A stretch of DNA of 64,000 nt, from the NCBI GenBank assembly GCA_030680835.1, contig JAUXUD010000004.1, positions 32,400 through 96,399 of the forward strand, given 5' to 3'. Origin of the DNA: Bacteroidota bacterium. Lineage in GTDB: Bacteria; Bacteroidota; Bacteroidia; UKL13-3. Under the pieces are notes generated by a model that was not told where the DNA came from, searched no databases, and saw nothing but the letters and a program-made list of their open reading frames with translations. Of the stretch, positions 1-8,038 are shown piece after piece (positions within the stretch are counted from its first letter, which is position 1; every line of letters starts with the position of its first letter). Made by a program: the position numbers and the translations under genes.

Positions 1-525
1 AATGATGGTGTAAATGATGGAATTGACAAATGTCCAAATGTAGCCGGAAGTCCTGCACATTCAGGTTGCCCCGATACCGATAACGATGGTGTATATGATG
101 ATATTGACAGATGTAAAACCATTCCCGGAACTGCAACAAATAACGGTTGCCCTGAATTGAAAAAGGAAACCAAACAATTGTTTCAAAAAGCATTACAAGG
201 GATCCAGTTTGAAACCGGAAAAGCAATTATCAAACCGGTATCCTATCCGATACTCAATTCAATTGTTAAAGTGATGAAAGAAAATCCAAGCTACAAATTG
301 CTGATAGGTGGCCATACTGATAATGTGGGTGAAGATGCCATGAATATGACCCTTTCACAGGATCGTGCATCATCAGTAGCCAATTATCTGATCACAAACG
401 GTGTTGATCCATTAAGAGTGGTTGCAACCGGATACGGTGAATCCTTACCGGTTGACACCAATGAGTCTGTAAAAGGACGCACACGCAACCGCAGGGTTGA
501 GTTTAAAGTTGAATTCCTTCAATAG
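1..525 (+). CDS. OmpA-family outer membrane protein with thrombospondin type 3-like repeats (5' truncated by window edge)
   Basis: Frame is open from base 1 (NDGVNDGIDKCP..GCPDTDNDGVYDDIDRC..GCPE) and continues into an OmpA C-terminal domain (GHTDNVG, LSQDRA, GYGES, NRRVEF). Confidence 0.9.
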   Translation, partial: NDGVNDGIDKCPNVAGSPAHSGCPDTDNDGVYDDIDRCKTIPGTATNNGCPELKKETKQLFQKALQGIQFETGKAIIKPVSYPILNSIVKVMKENPSYKLLIGGHTDNVGEDAMNMTLSQDRASSVANYLITNGVDPLRVVATGYGESLPVDTNESVKGRTRNRRVEFKVEFLQ

Positions 526-553
526 GAGTTTTCATAGGTTAAGTTTTAGTTTT

Positions 554-586
554 AAAAAGGCCTTCCGTTTTGCGGGGGCCTTTTTT
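554..586. terminator. Bidirectional intrinsic terminator between convergent genes
   Basis: AAAAAGGCCTTCCG-TTTTG-CGGGGGCCTTTTTT: GC-rich stem with an A-run on the left and a T-run on the right. Confidence 0.85.
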
Positions 587-593
587 ATGTTCC

Positions 594-1139
594 CTAATCC
601 ATCATCGTCAAATCCCGCCTCAATTCATCGGCAAGTTCTTTCCATTCTTCTTTACGTGCATCCCCCAATTCACGATCCCAATCTAAAAAGCGATGACCTA
701 TTTTTTCCAGTTCTGCCAGGTCGAAAATGCTTTCTGCCATTTGAAATACTTCTTCGTTTTCAACGGCTATATGATTCAGAAGTTCCTCTGTGTATTTTTC
801 AAGCTGATCATGCGCTTTTATATAATCATGTGCATTCAGACTTTGCTCTATGGATTTTATCATTTCGCGAAAATCTTCGTGGTTTTCAAACATTTCTTTG
901 ATGATGCCCTCTTCCAGCATTTCGTTGCGTTTATTCATCTCCGGGAACAGGATTACCTCTTCTTTATAATGATGATATTTATCGGCATAATTTCTGAAAA
1001 ACTGGATGAGTTTGCGGAGCTTGATATCGTATAAATCCGGGTCTCTGTTTATCAGATATTTCAGTTGTTTGGCCACATCTATGGCATTCACGATTACTTC
1101 GTGTTCATCGTATAAAATTTTCATAAATGGATTTGTCAT
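594..1139 (-). CDS. Hemerythrin (HHE cation-binding) domain protein
   Basis: His/Glu di-iron ligand pattern EHEVI..YHHYKEE..ENHEDFR..NHIAVENE. Confidence 0.85.
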   Translation of the reverse strand: MTNPFMKILYDEHEVIVNAIDVAKQLKYLINRDPDLYDIKLRKLIQFFRNYADKYHHYKEEVILFPEMNKRNEMLEEGIIKEMFENHEDFREMIKSIEQSLNAHDYIKAHDQLEKYTEELLNHIAVENEEVFQMAESIFDLAELEKIGHRFLDWDRELGDARKEEWKELADELRRDLTMMD

Positions 1140-1146
1140 ATTGTTT

Positions 1147-2079
1147 TTATTTATTATTCAATTCTTCAAGACTTTGCTTTAAATATAAAATCATCATTTC
1201 TTTTCGGTAGGCTCTTGAATAGTAATCATTGTCTACAATTCTTGCTTTTTTAACCGCATCCTGAATGAGTGTTTCTGAGACATCCAGCATGCCTTCAACG
1301 ATTACGGGTTTTGGATCAATACCCCCTATAACTATTTTTATTTTCCCGTTTTGAACCAATGAAACGGCGGTGGTTAACGAGGTAAAATCAACCGCTTCAC
1401 GCGGACGTAATTTTTTGAACACTACTTTAAAGCTGTTGTCAAGAGGTAACATAATGTTTTTGATAATGGCCGTTTTTGAAAGATTTCTGGGGTTGATTCC
1501 ATCTCCGGTATAAATACTTTCCAATGGAATAATTTTTAAACTTTTTTCATCAATGATCTCAAGCTGTGCGTTCATGCTGATCAGTACCGGGGCAGTATCG
1601 GATACAAATTTTGAGAAACAGGCTTTGGTTCCACCGGTTGCGATGCATACTTCCCCATCGCATTTCAGACAGTATCCAACCGACTCACGCCACCAGGCAC
1701 TCTGGTTAAAATAGGTACATCTGTTTTCACATAAAATATTTCCGCCAAGGGTTGCTGTTTTTCTTAGGATGGGTGAAGCAACTTCATTCGCCGCTTTTAA
1801 TAATGCAGGAAATTGTTCTTTAATAATTTCATGTTTTTTAAGATCATCCAGACGAATTAATGATCCTATTTTCAGGAAATGAGTATCAGCATGCACTTCC
1901 TTTAGTATGGCGATACCGGAAAGGTCAATCAAACTTGCTGATTCATCATTTCCCTGAAACCTGTTTACCAGCACATCGGTTCCGCCTGCAATGTATTTAA
2001 AGCTTTGTACATGTTGCTTTGCCAGTGAAAGCGCTGCTTCAATGCTTGTTACCAGATGATATTTATTTTCAGCCATCAT
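1147..2079 (-). CDS. hcrB: 4-hydroxybenzoyl-CoA reductase beta subunit (FAD, [4Fe-4S] insert)
   Basis: XDH-family FAD motifs AGGTD and ATLGGN, plus the HcrB-type Cys insert RCTYFNQSAWWRESVGYCLKCDGEVC..C. Confidence 0.85.
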   Translation of the reverse strand: MMAENKYHLVTSIEAALSLAKQHVQSFKYIAGGTDVLVNRFQGNDESASLIDLSGIAILKEVHADTHFLKIGSLIRLDDLKKHEIIKEQFPALLKAANEVASPILRKTATLGGNILCENRCTYFNQSAWWRESVGYCLKCDGEVCIATGGTKACFSKFVSDTAPVLISMNAQLEIIDEKSLKIIPLESIYTGDGINPRNLSKTAIIKNIMLPLDNSFKVVFKKLRPREAVDFTSLTTAVSLVQNGKIKIVIGGIDPKPVIVEGMLDVSETLIQDAVKKARIVDNDYYSRAYRKEMMILYLKQSLEELNNK

Positions 2080-4847
2080 TTTTCTTTTAGCAGGTTTAAA
2101 ACATCTTCCGATTTAATGGGGAGTTTGGTAATCCGTATTCCAACCGCATCATAAATTGCATTTGCTATTGCAGGAATCACAGGATGCAAAGCGCCTTCTC
2201 CGCATTCTTTGGCTCCAAACGGACCTTCAGGATCGTTGGTTTCAATAATATTTGTGTGGAAATCCGGAGTGTCGAGAGAAGTTGGGATTTTGTAATCCAG
2301 GAAATTATTATTCATCAATAAGCCATTATAATAACGCATTTCCTCACTCATGGCCTGACCAATTCCCATGTGCCAGGAGCCTTCCAATTGTCCTTCTACT
2401 GCAAGCGGATTTAATGCTTTGCCACAATCATGCGCTCCCCATACATTGAGTATTTTTACATGTCCTGTTTGTTCGTTTACGTTCACTTCGGCTACACAGG
2501 CACCAAACGAATAGGAGGGACTTAAACCCGCGCCGGCACCTTTAAAATCACCACCCAGTTTAGGAGAAATATATTTTCCGCTCACAGAAACAGCACCGCG
2601 GTTTGCAGTTAAAATTTCAATGGCTTCCATCCAGCTCAGGTCTGTACTTTTATCATTGCTGAACACCCTTCCATCCAAAAAGTTGAGTTCATCTGTGGGT
2701 ACATTTTTTGATTTTGAAATGGCAGTGGCTATTTCAGCTCTCAAATTTTCAGCAGCATTTTTTGCAGCATTACCGGCCATAAAAGTTACCCGGCTCGAAT
2801 AGCTCCCCAGGTCAACCGGTGTGAGTAAGGTATCTGCTCCAATTACAAAAATATGATCCATGCCAATACCCAAAACTTCTGCCACAATTATGGCCAGCAT
2901 GGTATCACTGCCCTGTCCGATATCATTGGCACCTGATGTTACCAAAACCCGGCCGTCGAAATCTACTTTTAAATGTACAACTGATTGTGGCAATTCATTC
3001 CAGAAAATAGGCAAGGCACTGCCGCTGATAAAAAATCCACACCCTACGCCAAAACCATGTCCGGATGGCATTTTAGCATGTTTGTTTTTCCAGTTGGATT
3101 GCTCAGCAACTTTTTGAATTGACTCCCTGCTTCCGTTTGAAGTGATGCGGTATTGTCCAACCGTTAAGGTATTCGAATCCAGAAAATTTTTCATCCTGAG
3201 TTCAACCGGATCCATTTTTATCTTATGTGCAATATCATCAATTAAGGATTCAACAGCAAAGCGCGAATTCACCGCTCCATGCCCGCGCATGGCACCACAT
3301 TGAGGTTTGTTGGTATATACCCTATAGGTTCTGAACCCAAAATTATTTAATTTATAAGGAGCTTGCAGCAATACGCCGTTATAGTATGAAGTTACAACTC
3401 CAAAGCTTCCATAAGCACCTCCGTCAATGGCAATATCTGCATCCAGTACTTTTAGTATACCGTCATTATCGGCACCTAACTGAATGGTCATTTGAGAAGG
3501 ATGGCGACCATGATTGGTTAAAAAAACTTCTTCCCTCGACAAGCGTACATGTACCGGTTTGCCTGTTTTGCGTGCGATATACGCTACAATAATCTCATGC
3601 GGGAAGGGATCACCCTTGCCCCCAAAACCACCACCCACATGCGGCTTAATAACCCGTACCCGGTTTAAAGGAACTTCCATTGTTTTGGCAAGGGCTCTGT
3701 GCAAATAATGGGATACCTGCGTTGCGGAAATCATCGTTAAACCATTTTCATCCCAGAATGCCGAGGCGGAATGCGGTTCGGTAAATCCATGGTTCACACC
3801 TTCAAAAGTGAAGTCCATTTTACTCACTACCTCAGCATCTTTTAATCCTTGTTGCTGATCTCCAAAACGCAATTCAGCTTTTTTATGGACATTGTTATTT
3901 TGCTTGCCGTGTTCAGGATGAATTTTTTCATGTTCACCCACATCTTTTAATGAATCTTCAATAGTTAAATATTGCTTTATCGGATTGTATTTTATTTCAA
4001 TCAGCTTACAGGCCTTCAAAGCAATTGCTTCGGTATCGGCTGCCACGGCTGCCACAATTTCACCAATATACCGGGTCTTATGAATCGCTATGGCATTTTC
4101 ATCCTGGGAGATGGGAAGTACTCCGAAAGTAATGGGCAGTTCCTTACCGGTTGCAATATACCTTACCCCCTCTAATTTCATTGCCTTATCCGTATCTATC
4201 CACTCAATTTCTGCATGCGGAAAAATGCTTCTCACAAATTTAACCTGCAAGGCGCCTTTCAGTTTTATATCATCTGTATAATCAGCAATTCCCTGTACCT
4301 TTTTGCTTGCTTCAATATAAGGCCGGCTAACACCCACTGATTTGAGGTTTGCAGATTCCAAACTGTGAACTGTCAACTGTGAACCGTTAACTTCTTTTGC
4401 ATATTCAGCTACTGCCTCAATTATTTTCTTATAACCGGTACATCTGCATAAATTTCCGGATAGTCCTTCCTTAATCTGATCAATAGTAGGGTTGGAGTTA
4501 TGATTCACAAAATCCAGAGCCGTCATTACCATTCCCGGTGTACAAAATCCGCATTGAATGGCCCCTTTTTCTACAAATTTTTCCTGCAATTTATGGAGTG
4601 AACCATCCTGTGAAAGACCTTCAATGGTAGTTATATTGGCTGCATCAAATTTTAATGCAGGCGTAATACAACTGAGCACAGGTTCATTATTTACCAAAAC
4701 AGTACAAGCGCCACAACTGCCTTGTTCACATCCTATTTTTGTTCCGGTTAAACCTGCTTTTTCTCTGATAACGGTTGATAGCATTTCATGTTCTTCAACC
4801 AGGAGATGAAACTGTTTCCCATTTATATTTAGTTCGATTTGTTTCAT
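2076..4847 (-). CDS. hcrA: 4-hydroxybenzoyl-CoA reductase, fused gamma (2x[2Fe-2S]) and alpha (molybdopterin) subunits
   Basis: N-terminal GCEQGSCGAC, QCGFC and CRCTGY motifs. Mo subunit motifs GGGFG, AMRGHG, DFDG..GANDIGQGS, GSYSSRVTFM and GAKECGEG resemble HcrA. Next to an HcrB-type gene. Confidence 0.8.
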   Translation of the reverse strand: MKQIELNINGKQFHLLVEEHEMLSTVIREKAGLTGTKIGCEQGSCGACTVLVNNEPVLSCITPALKFDAANITTIEGLSQDGSLHKLQEKFVEKGAIQCGFCTPGMVMTALDFVNHNSNPTIDQIKEGLSGNLCRCTGYKKIIEAVAEYAKEVNGSQLTVHSLESANLKSVGVSRPYIEASKKVQGIADYTDDIKLKGALQVKFVRSIFPHAEIEWIDTDKAMKLEGVRYIATGKELPITFGVLPISQDENAIAIHKTRYIGEIVAAVAADTEAIALKACKLIEIKYNPIKQYLTIEDSLKDVGEHEKIHPEHGKQNNNVHKKAELRFGDQQQGLKDAEVVSKMDFTFEGVNHGFTEPHSASAFWDENGLTMISATQVSHYLHRALAKTMEVPLNRVRVIKPHVGGGFGGKGDPFPHEIIVAYIARKTGKPVHVRLSREEVFLTNHGRHPSQMTIQLGADNDGILKVLDADIAIDGGAYGSFGVVTSYYNGVLLQAPYKLNNFGFRTYRVYTNKPQCGAMRGHGAVNSRFAVESLIDDIAHKIKMDPVELRMKNFLDSNTLTVGQYRITSNGSRESIQKVAEQSNWKNKHAKMPSGHGFGVGCGFFISGSALPIFWNELPQSVVHLKVDFDGRVLVTSGANDIGQGSDTMLAIIVAEVLGIGMDHIFVIGADTLLTPVDLGSYSSRVTFMAGNAAKNAAENLRAEIATAISKSKNVPTDELNFLDGRVFSNDKSTDLSWMEAIEILTANRGAVSVSGKYISPKLGGDFKGAGAGLSPSYSFGACVAEVNVNEQTGHVKILNVWGAHDCGKALNPLAVEGQLEGSWHMGIGQAMSEEMRYYNGLLMNNNFLDYKIPTSLDTPDFHTNIIETNDPEGPFGAKECGEGALHPVIPAIANAIYDAVGIRITKLPIKSEDVLNLLKEK

Positions 4848-5587
4848 AGATTCATATTTGCTCCAATGTTTTTACCGCCATCCACATACATTACCTGTCC
4901 GGTAATAAATTTTGTTTTTTCATTTGCCAGAAAGGAAACCACATTGGCAACATCTTCAGGTTTACCAATGGTTTTTGTAGGCTGAGCCTGTATGAGTTTT
5001 GTTAGCACGGATGCTTCCAGATTTTGGGTAAGCGGGGTGTCAATCAATCCCGGAGCCACTGCATTTACCCATACATTGTATTTTCCCAATTCCAATGCCA
5101 GCACCCTTGTTAATGCAACCACACCGGCTTTTGATGCCGAATAATTGGATTGCCCCGCATTGCCCAACCAGGCTCTGGAAGCGATATTAATAATGCGTCC
5201 GGAATTTTGTTCTTTCATTACCCTTGCGGCTTCCCGGCACATCATCCAGGTTCCTCTTAAATTAACTGCTATCACCGCATCAAATTCTTCTACACTCATT
5301 TTCCAGATCATTTTGTCTTTGATAATACCTGCATTATTCACAACCACATCAATGGAACCATTTATTTTTTTTGCCGCTGCAAATAATTTCTGAACCGAAA
5401 TCTCATCATTAATATTGGCTTCAATATAATTACTGAAATCACTTCCCATTTCTTTCTCCAGGGCAATGCCGGCTTCTTTATCAACATCAACCAATACTAC
5501 AAAAAAGCCATCGGCCTTTAACTTTGTGGCAATGGATTTGCCAATGCCCTTAGCTGCACCCGTTACTATCGAAACTTGCTTCTTCAT
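4844..5587 (-). CDS. SDR-family oxidoreductase (FabG-like, 3-oxoacyl/3-hydroxyacyl-CoA dehydrogenase type)
   Basis: TGAAKGIG, NNAGI and YSASK motifs. Confidence 0.85.
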   Translation of the reverse strand: MKKQVSIVTGAAKGIGKSIATKLKADGFFVVLVDVDKEAGIALEKEMGSDFSNYIEANINDEISVQKLFAAAKKINGSIDVVVNNAGIIKDKMIWKMSVEEFDAVIAVNLRGTWMMCREAARVMKEQNSGRIINIASRAWLGNAGQSNYSASKAGVVALTRVLALELGKYNVWVNAVAPGLIDTPLTQNLEASVLTKLIQAQPTKTIGKPEDVANVVSFLANEKTKFITGQVMYVDGGKNIGANMNL

Positions 5588-6374
5588 ATGTTTCAGTTTT
5601 TACCTTTTGTATAATTTCTTTTTGATTTGATACCGCAACAATTTTTGCCACAATACCCAGTGCAATTTCTTCCGGTCCGTTTTGACCAATATCAAACCCC
5701 ATGGGCATATCAACCCGGTCCAATTGTTCTTTACTGCAAATATTGTGTTCAAGGAATCTTTTTTTTGTGATCAATATTTTCCGCATGCTGCCAATCATTC
5801 CCAGGTATGCGGTATTTTGATTGATGCAGTAGGCCAGAATTTCACGGTCGTATTCATGCTGGTGTGTGCAGATAATCACATAGGTATCCGAATCAAACAA
5901 AAGTTTGGAAAAAGCTTCTTTATGGTTCAGGGGAAATTTTTGAATATCGGGGACATCTGTTTTGTCAAGCATTTTGCTGCGCTCATCAATCAGGATGGTT
6001 TTAAATTGTAATTTTTGTGCGTAGAAGGCCACATGGCTTCCAATATGTCCTGAACCAAATACGATTAATTGTTTTTGTGGTTTTTGGGGTTCAATAAAAA
6101 TTTTCATGGTACCTCCACAGCACATATTTTGTTTGAGTAAGGCATAGTCTATTAATTTAGATTCATTTTGCAGAATGAGTTTAATGGCATCGGCGATAAC
6201 CTGCGATTCTACGTTTCCTCCGCCAATGGTACCTGCAGAATCGCCATTTGCCCAGATCAGCATTTTTGCACCTGCTTTCAAAGGTGTTGAACCCGATGTT
6301 TCAACAACCGTACAGAGTGCAAGCTGCTCTCTTTTTTCCAGTGCACATTGCAAAATATTAAACAGGGATTGCAT
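5550..6374 (-). CDS. xdhC: XdhC/CoxI-family molybdoenzyme maturation factor
   Basis: GSTP..GAKM, GTIGGG, CGG, YLGMIGS and PEEIALGI motifs; lies beside an XDH-family enzyme. Confidence 0.9.
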   Translation of the reverse strand: MQSLFNILQCALEKREQLALCTVVETSGSTPLKAGAKMLIWANGDSAGTIGGGNVESQVIADAIKLILQNESKLIDYALLKQNMCCGGTMKIFIEPQKPQKQLIVFGSGHIGSHVAFYAQKLQFKTILIDERSKMLDKTDVPDIQKFPLNHKEAFSKLLFDSDTYVIICTHQHEYDREILAYCINQNTAYLGMIGSMRKILITKKRFLEHNICSKEQLDRVDMPMGFDIGQNGPEEIALGIVAKIVAVSNQKEIIQKVKTETYEEASFDSNGCS

Positions 6375-6972
6375 GGTTAAAATATTTTATATAATCTTCT
6401 TCCGTGTTAATATTTGCCAATAGCTTTTCATCGTCAACCGGCACTTCTTCAAAGGAAAACTTTTCAAGAATCACTCTCAGGTCTTCAGAATCCGATTTTA
6501 TTTCTTTGATATGCTGAAGTATTTCTTTTGAAAGTAAAACGGGATGCCCTTTCTTACCCAAATAAACCGGAACCACATATTTACCAGGTTCAATTTTAGC
6601 TTTCATTTGATTGAGTAAACCGGATGTTGTAAATGGATTATCGATATTCTGTATGAAGACTGGAAAAGAATTGTCAATATTGTTTAAGCCCAGTTTGATA
6701 CTGTAAAAGCGGTCGGATACCGGTCTGATATTGCAAACAATTTTTATACTGTTTGCATTAAGATTTTCATGAATTTGTTTTTTCAATTGTTTTATTAATT
6801 GTGAATGGGTAACCAGAACAATATTTTCAATGCCGGCCTGGGTATATTGATAAACGAGATTTTGTATAAAGTTAAATTCGGGATCAAAGGACAACCAGGC
6901 TTTAGGCTGACCCAGTCTTGCGGATTTTCCGGCCATTAAAATGATTGCGCTATATTTATTTTTTACATCCAT
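6358..6972 (-). CDS. mocA: Molybdenum cofactor cytidylyltransferase (MocA-like nucleotidyltransferase)
   Basis: AIILMAGKSARLGQPKA, GHPVL and NINT motifs. Start reassigned to the ATG at 6972 because the longer ORF overlaps ctaA. Confidence 0.75.
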   Translation of the reverse strand: MDVKNKYSAIILMAGKSARLGQPKAWLSFDPEFNFIQNLVYQYTQAGIENIVLVTHSQLIKQLKKQIHENLNANSIKIVCNIRPVSDRFYSIKLGLNNIDNSFPVFIQNIDNPFTTSGLLNQMKAKIEPGKYVVPVYLGKKGHPVLLSKEILQHIKEIKSDSEDLRVILEKFSFEEVPVDDEKLLANINTEEDYIKYFNHAIPV

Positions 6973-6976
6973 ATGA

Positions 6977-8017
6977 TCAGGTACCCTTATGAGTAAGCGC
7001 GCTGTTGTGCAAGTAGTGGTTGAGAAATAAAACAGAACCAAATAGCAGAAAAGCACCGGTTTGATGCAATATTCCGATAAAGATAGGAACGCCGTACAGG
7101 ATATTGAAAACACCCAGTAAAAATTGAACTCCATAAATGAAGCCAATAAATTTTATCAGATTTTGCAGGGTAGGCGTGAGGTTGTATTTTAAGGATTTAA
7201 AATAAACAAGTACTATAGGGATTAAGACAAGCCATGCCAGGGTTCTATGGATAAACTGAACACCTGCCTGCCCTTCAATAAAATTTTTCCAAACGGGTTT
7301 CAGCAGGGTTACTTCATTTGCTATCCAATTTTCATTCATTTTTGGAAATGCCGGAAACATATAACCGGCTTTTAGCCCTGCAACAAAAGCGCCATAAACT
7401 ATTTGTATGATAACCATTCCCAACAGGATGCGGCTTATATTTTTCATTGAGGAATAATTATCCAATTCTTTTTTAGGATAGAACAAATCCAATGCATACC
7501 AAAATGAAAATCCAAATGCAGCAAAGGCGGTCAACAAATGCAGGGCAAGGCGGTAATGACTTACATGCGGATTTTTTTGCAGACCGCTTTTTACCATAAA
7601 CCATCCGATGAATCCCTGGAGTGAACCGATCAGCAAAAGGATTAACATTTTTTTTATAAAGCCTTCCGGAAATTTTTTTCGAATGAGAAAAAATAAAAAG
7701 GGAATCAGAAAAACCACCCCGATAAACCTGCCGATAAAGCGGTGAATATACTCCCACCAAAAAATATTTTTATAATCCTGGAGGGTGAAATCTTTATTGA
7801 TAATTTTGAATTCCGGTGATTGCCGGTATTTATCAAACTGCAGCATCCATTCCTGTTCATTTGAGGGAGGCGTTGAACCCGTAATGTTCCATTCAACCAT
7901 CGACAATCCCGAATTTGTTAAACGCGTAATGCCCCCAACAACTACCATCACGTAAATTAATATACAACCGCTTAGCAGCCAGTATATAATTAATCTATTT
8001 GATTTTTGTGTCTGCAT
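6977..8017 (-). CDS. ctaA: Heme A synthase (COX15/CtaA, type 2)
   Basis: GGITRLTNSGLSM, WEYIHR, GWFMVKSGL, SHYRLALHL, QFIHR and LHQ motifs; multiple TM helices. Confidence 0.92.
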   Translation of the reverse strand: MQTQKSNRLIIYWLLSGCILIYVMVVVGGITRLTNSGLSMVEWNITGSTPPSNEQEWMLQFDKYRQSPEFKIINKDFTLQDYKNIFWWEYIHRFIGRFIGVVFLIPFLFFLIRKKFPEGFIKKMLILLLIGSLQGFIGWFMVKSGLQKNPHVSHYRLALHLLTAFAAFGFSFWYALDLFYPKKELDNYSSMKNISRILLGMVIIQIVYGAFVAGLKAGYMFPAFPKMNENWIANEVTLLKPVWKNFIEGQAGVQFIHRTLAWLVLIPIVLVYFKSLKYNLTPTLQNLIKFIGFIYGVQFLLGVFNILYGVPIFIGILHQTGAFLLFGSVLFLNHYLHNSALTHKGT

Positions 8018-8038
8018 TTAATCGTTTGAATGGTTCAA

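Noticed and set aside
497..901. 134-aa plus-strand ORF and the many other short ORFs antisense to cluster genes
   Set aside because: They overlap well-supported genes or a terminator and show no domain signal.
2076..4847. Xanthine dehydrogenase or aerobic CO dehydrogenase as alternative calls
   Set aside because: No CoxL AYxCSFR motif; the partner FAD subunit has the HcrB-type Cys insert and the context is benzoyl-CoA metabolism.
6973..7146. N-terminal extension of the 262-aa ORF 6358..7146
   Set aside because: It overlaps the 3' end of ctaA in another frame; MocA-like similarity starts at MDVKNKYSAIILMAG (ATG 6972).
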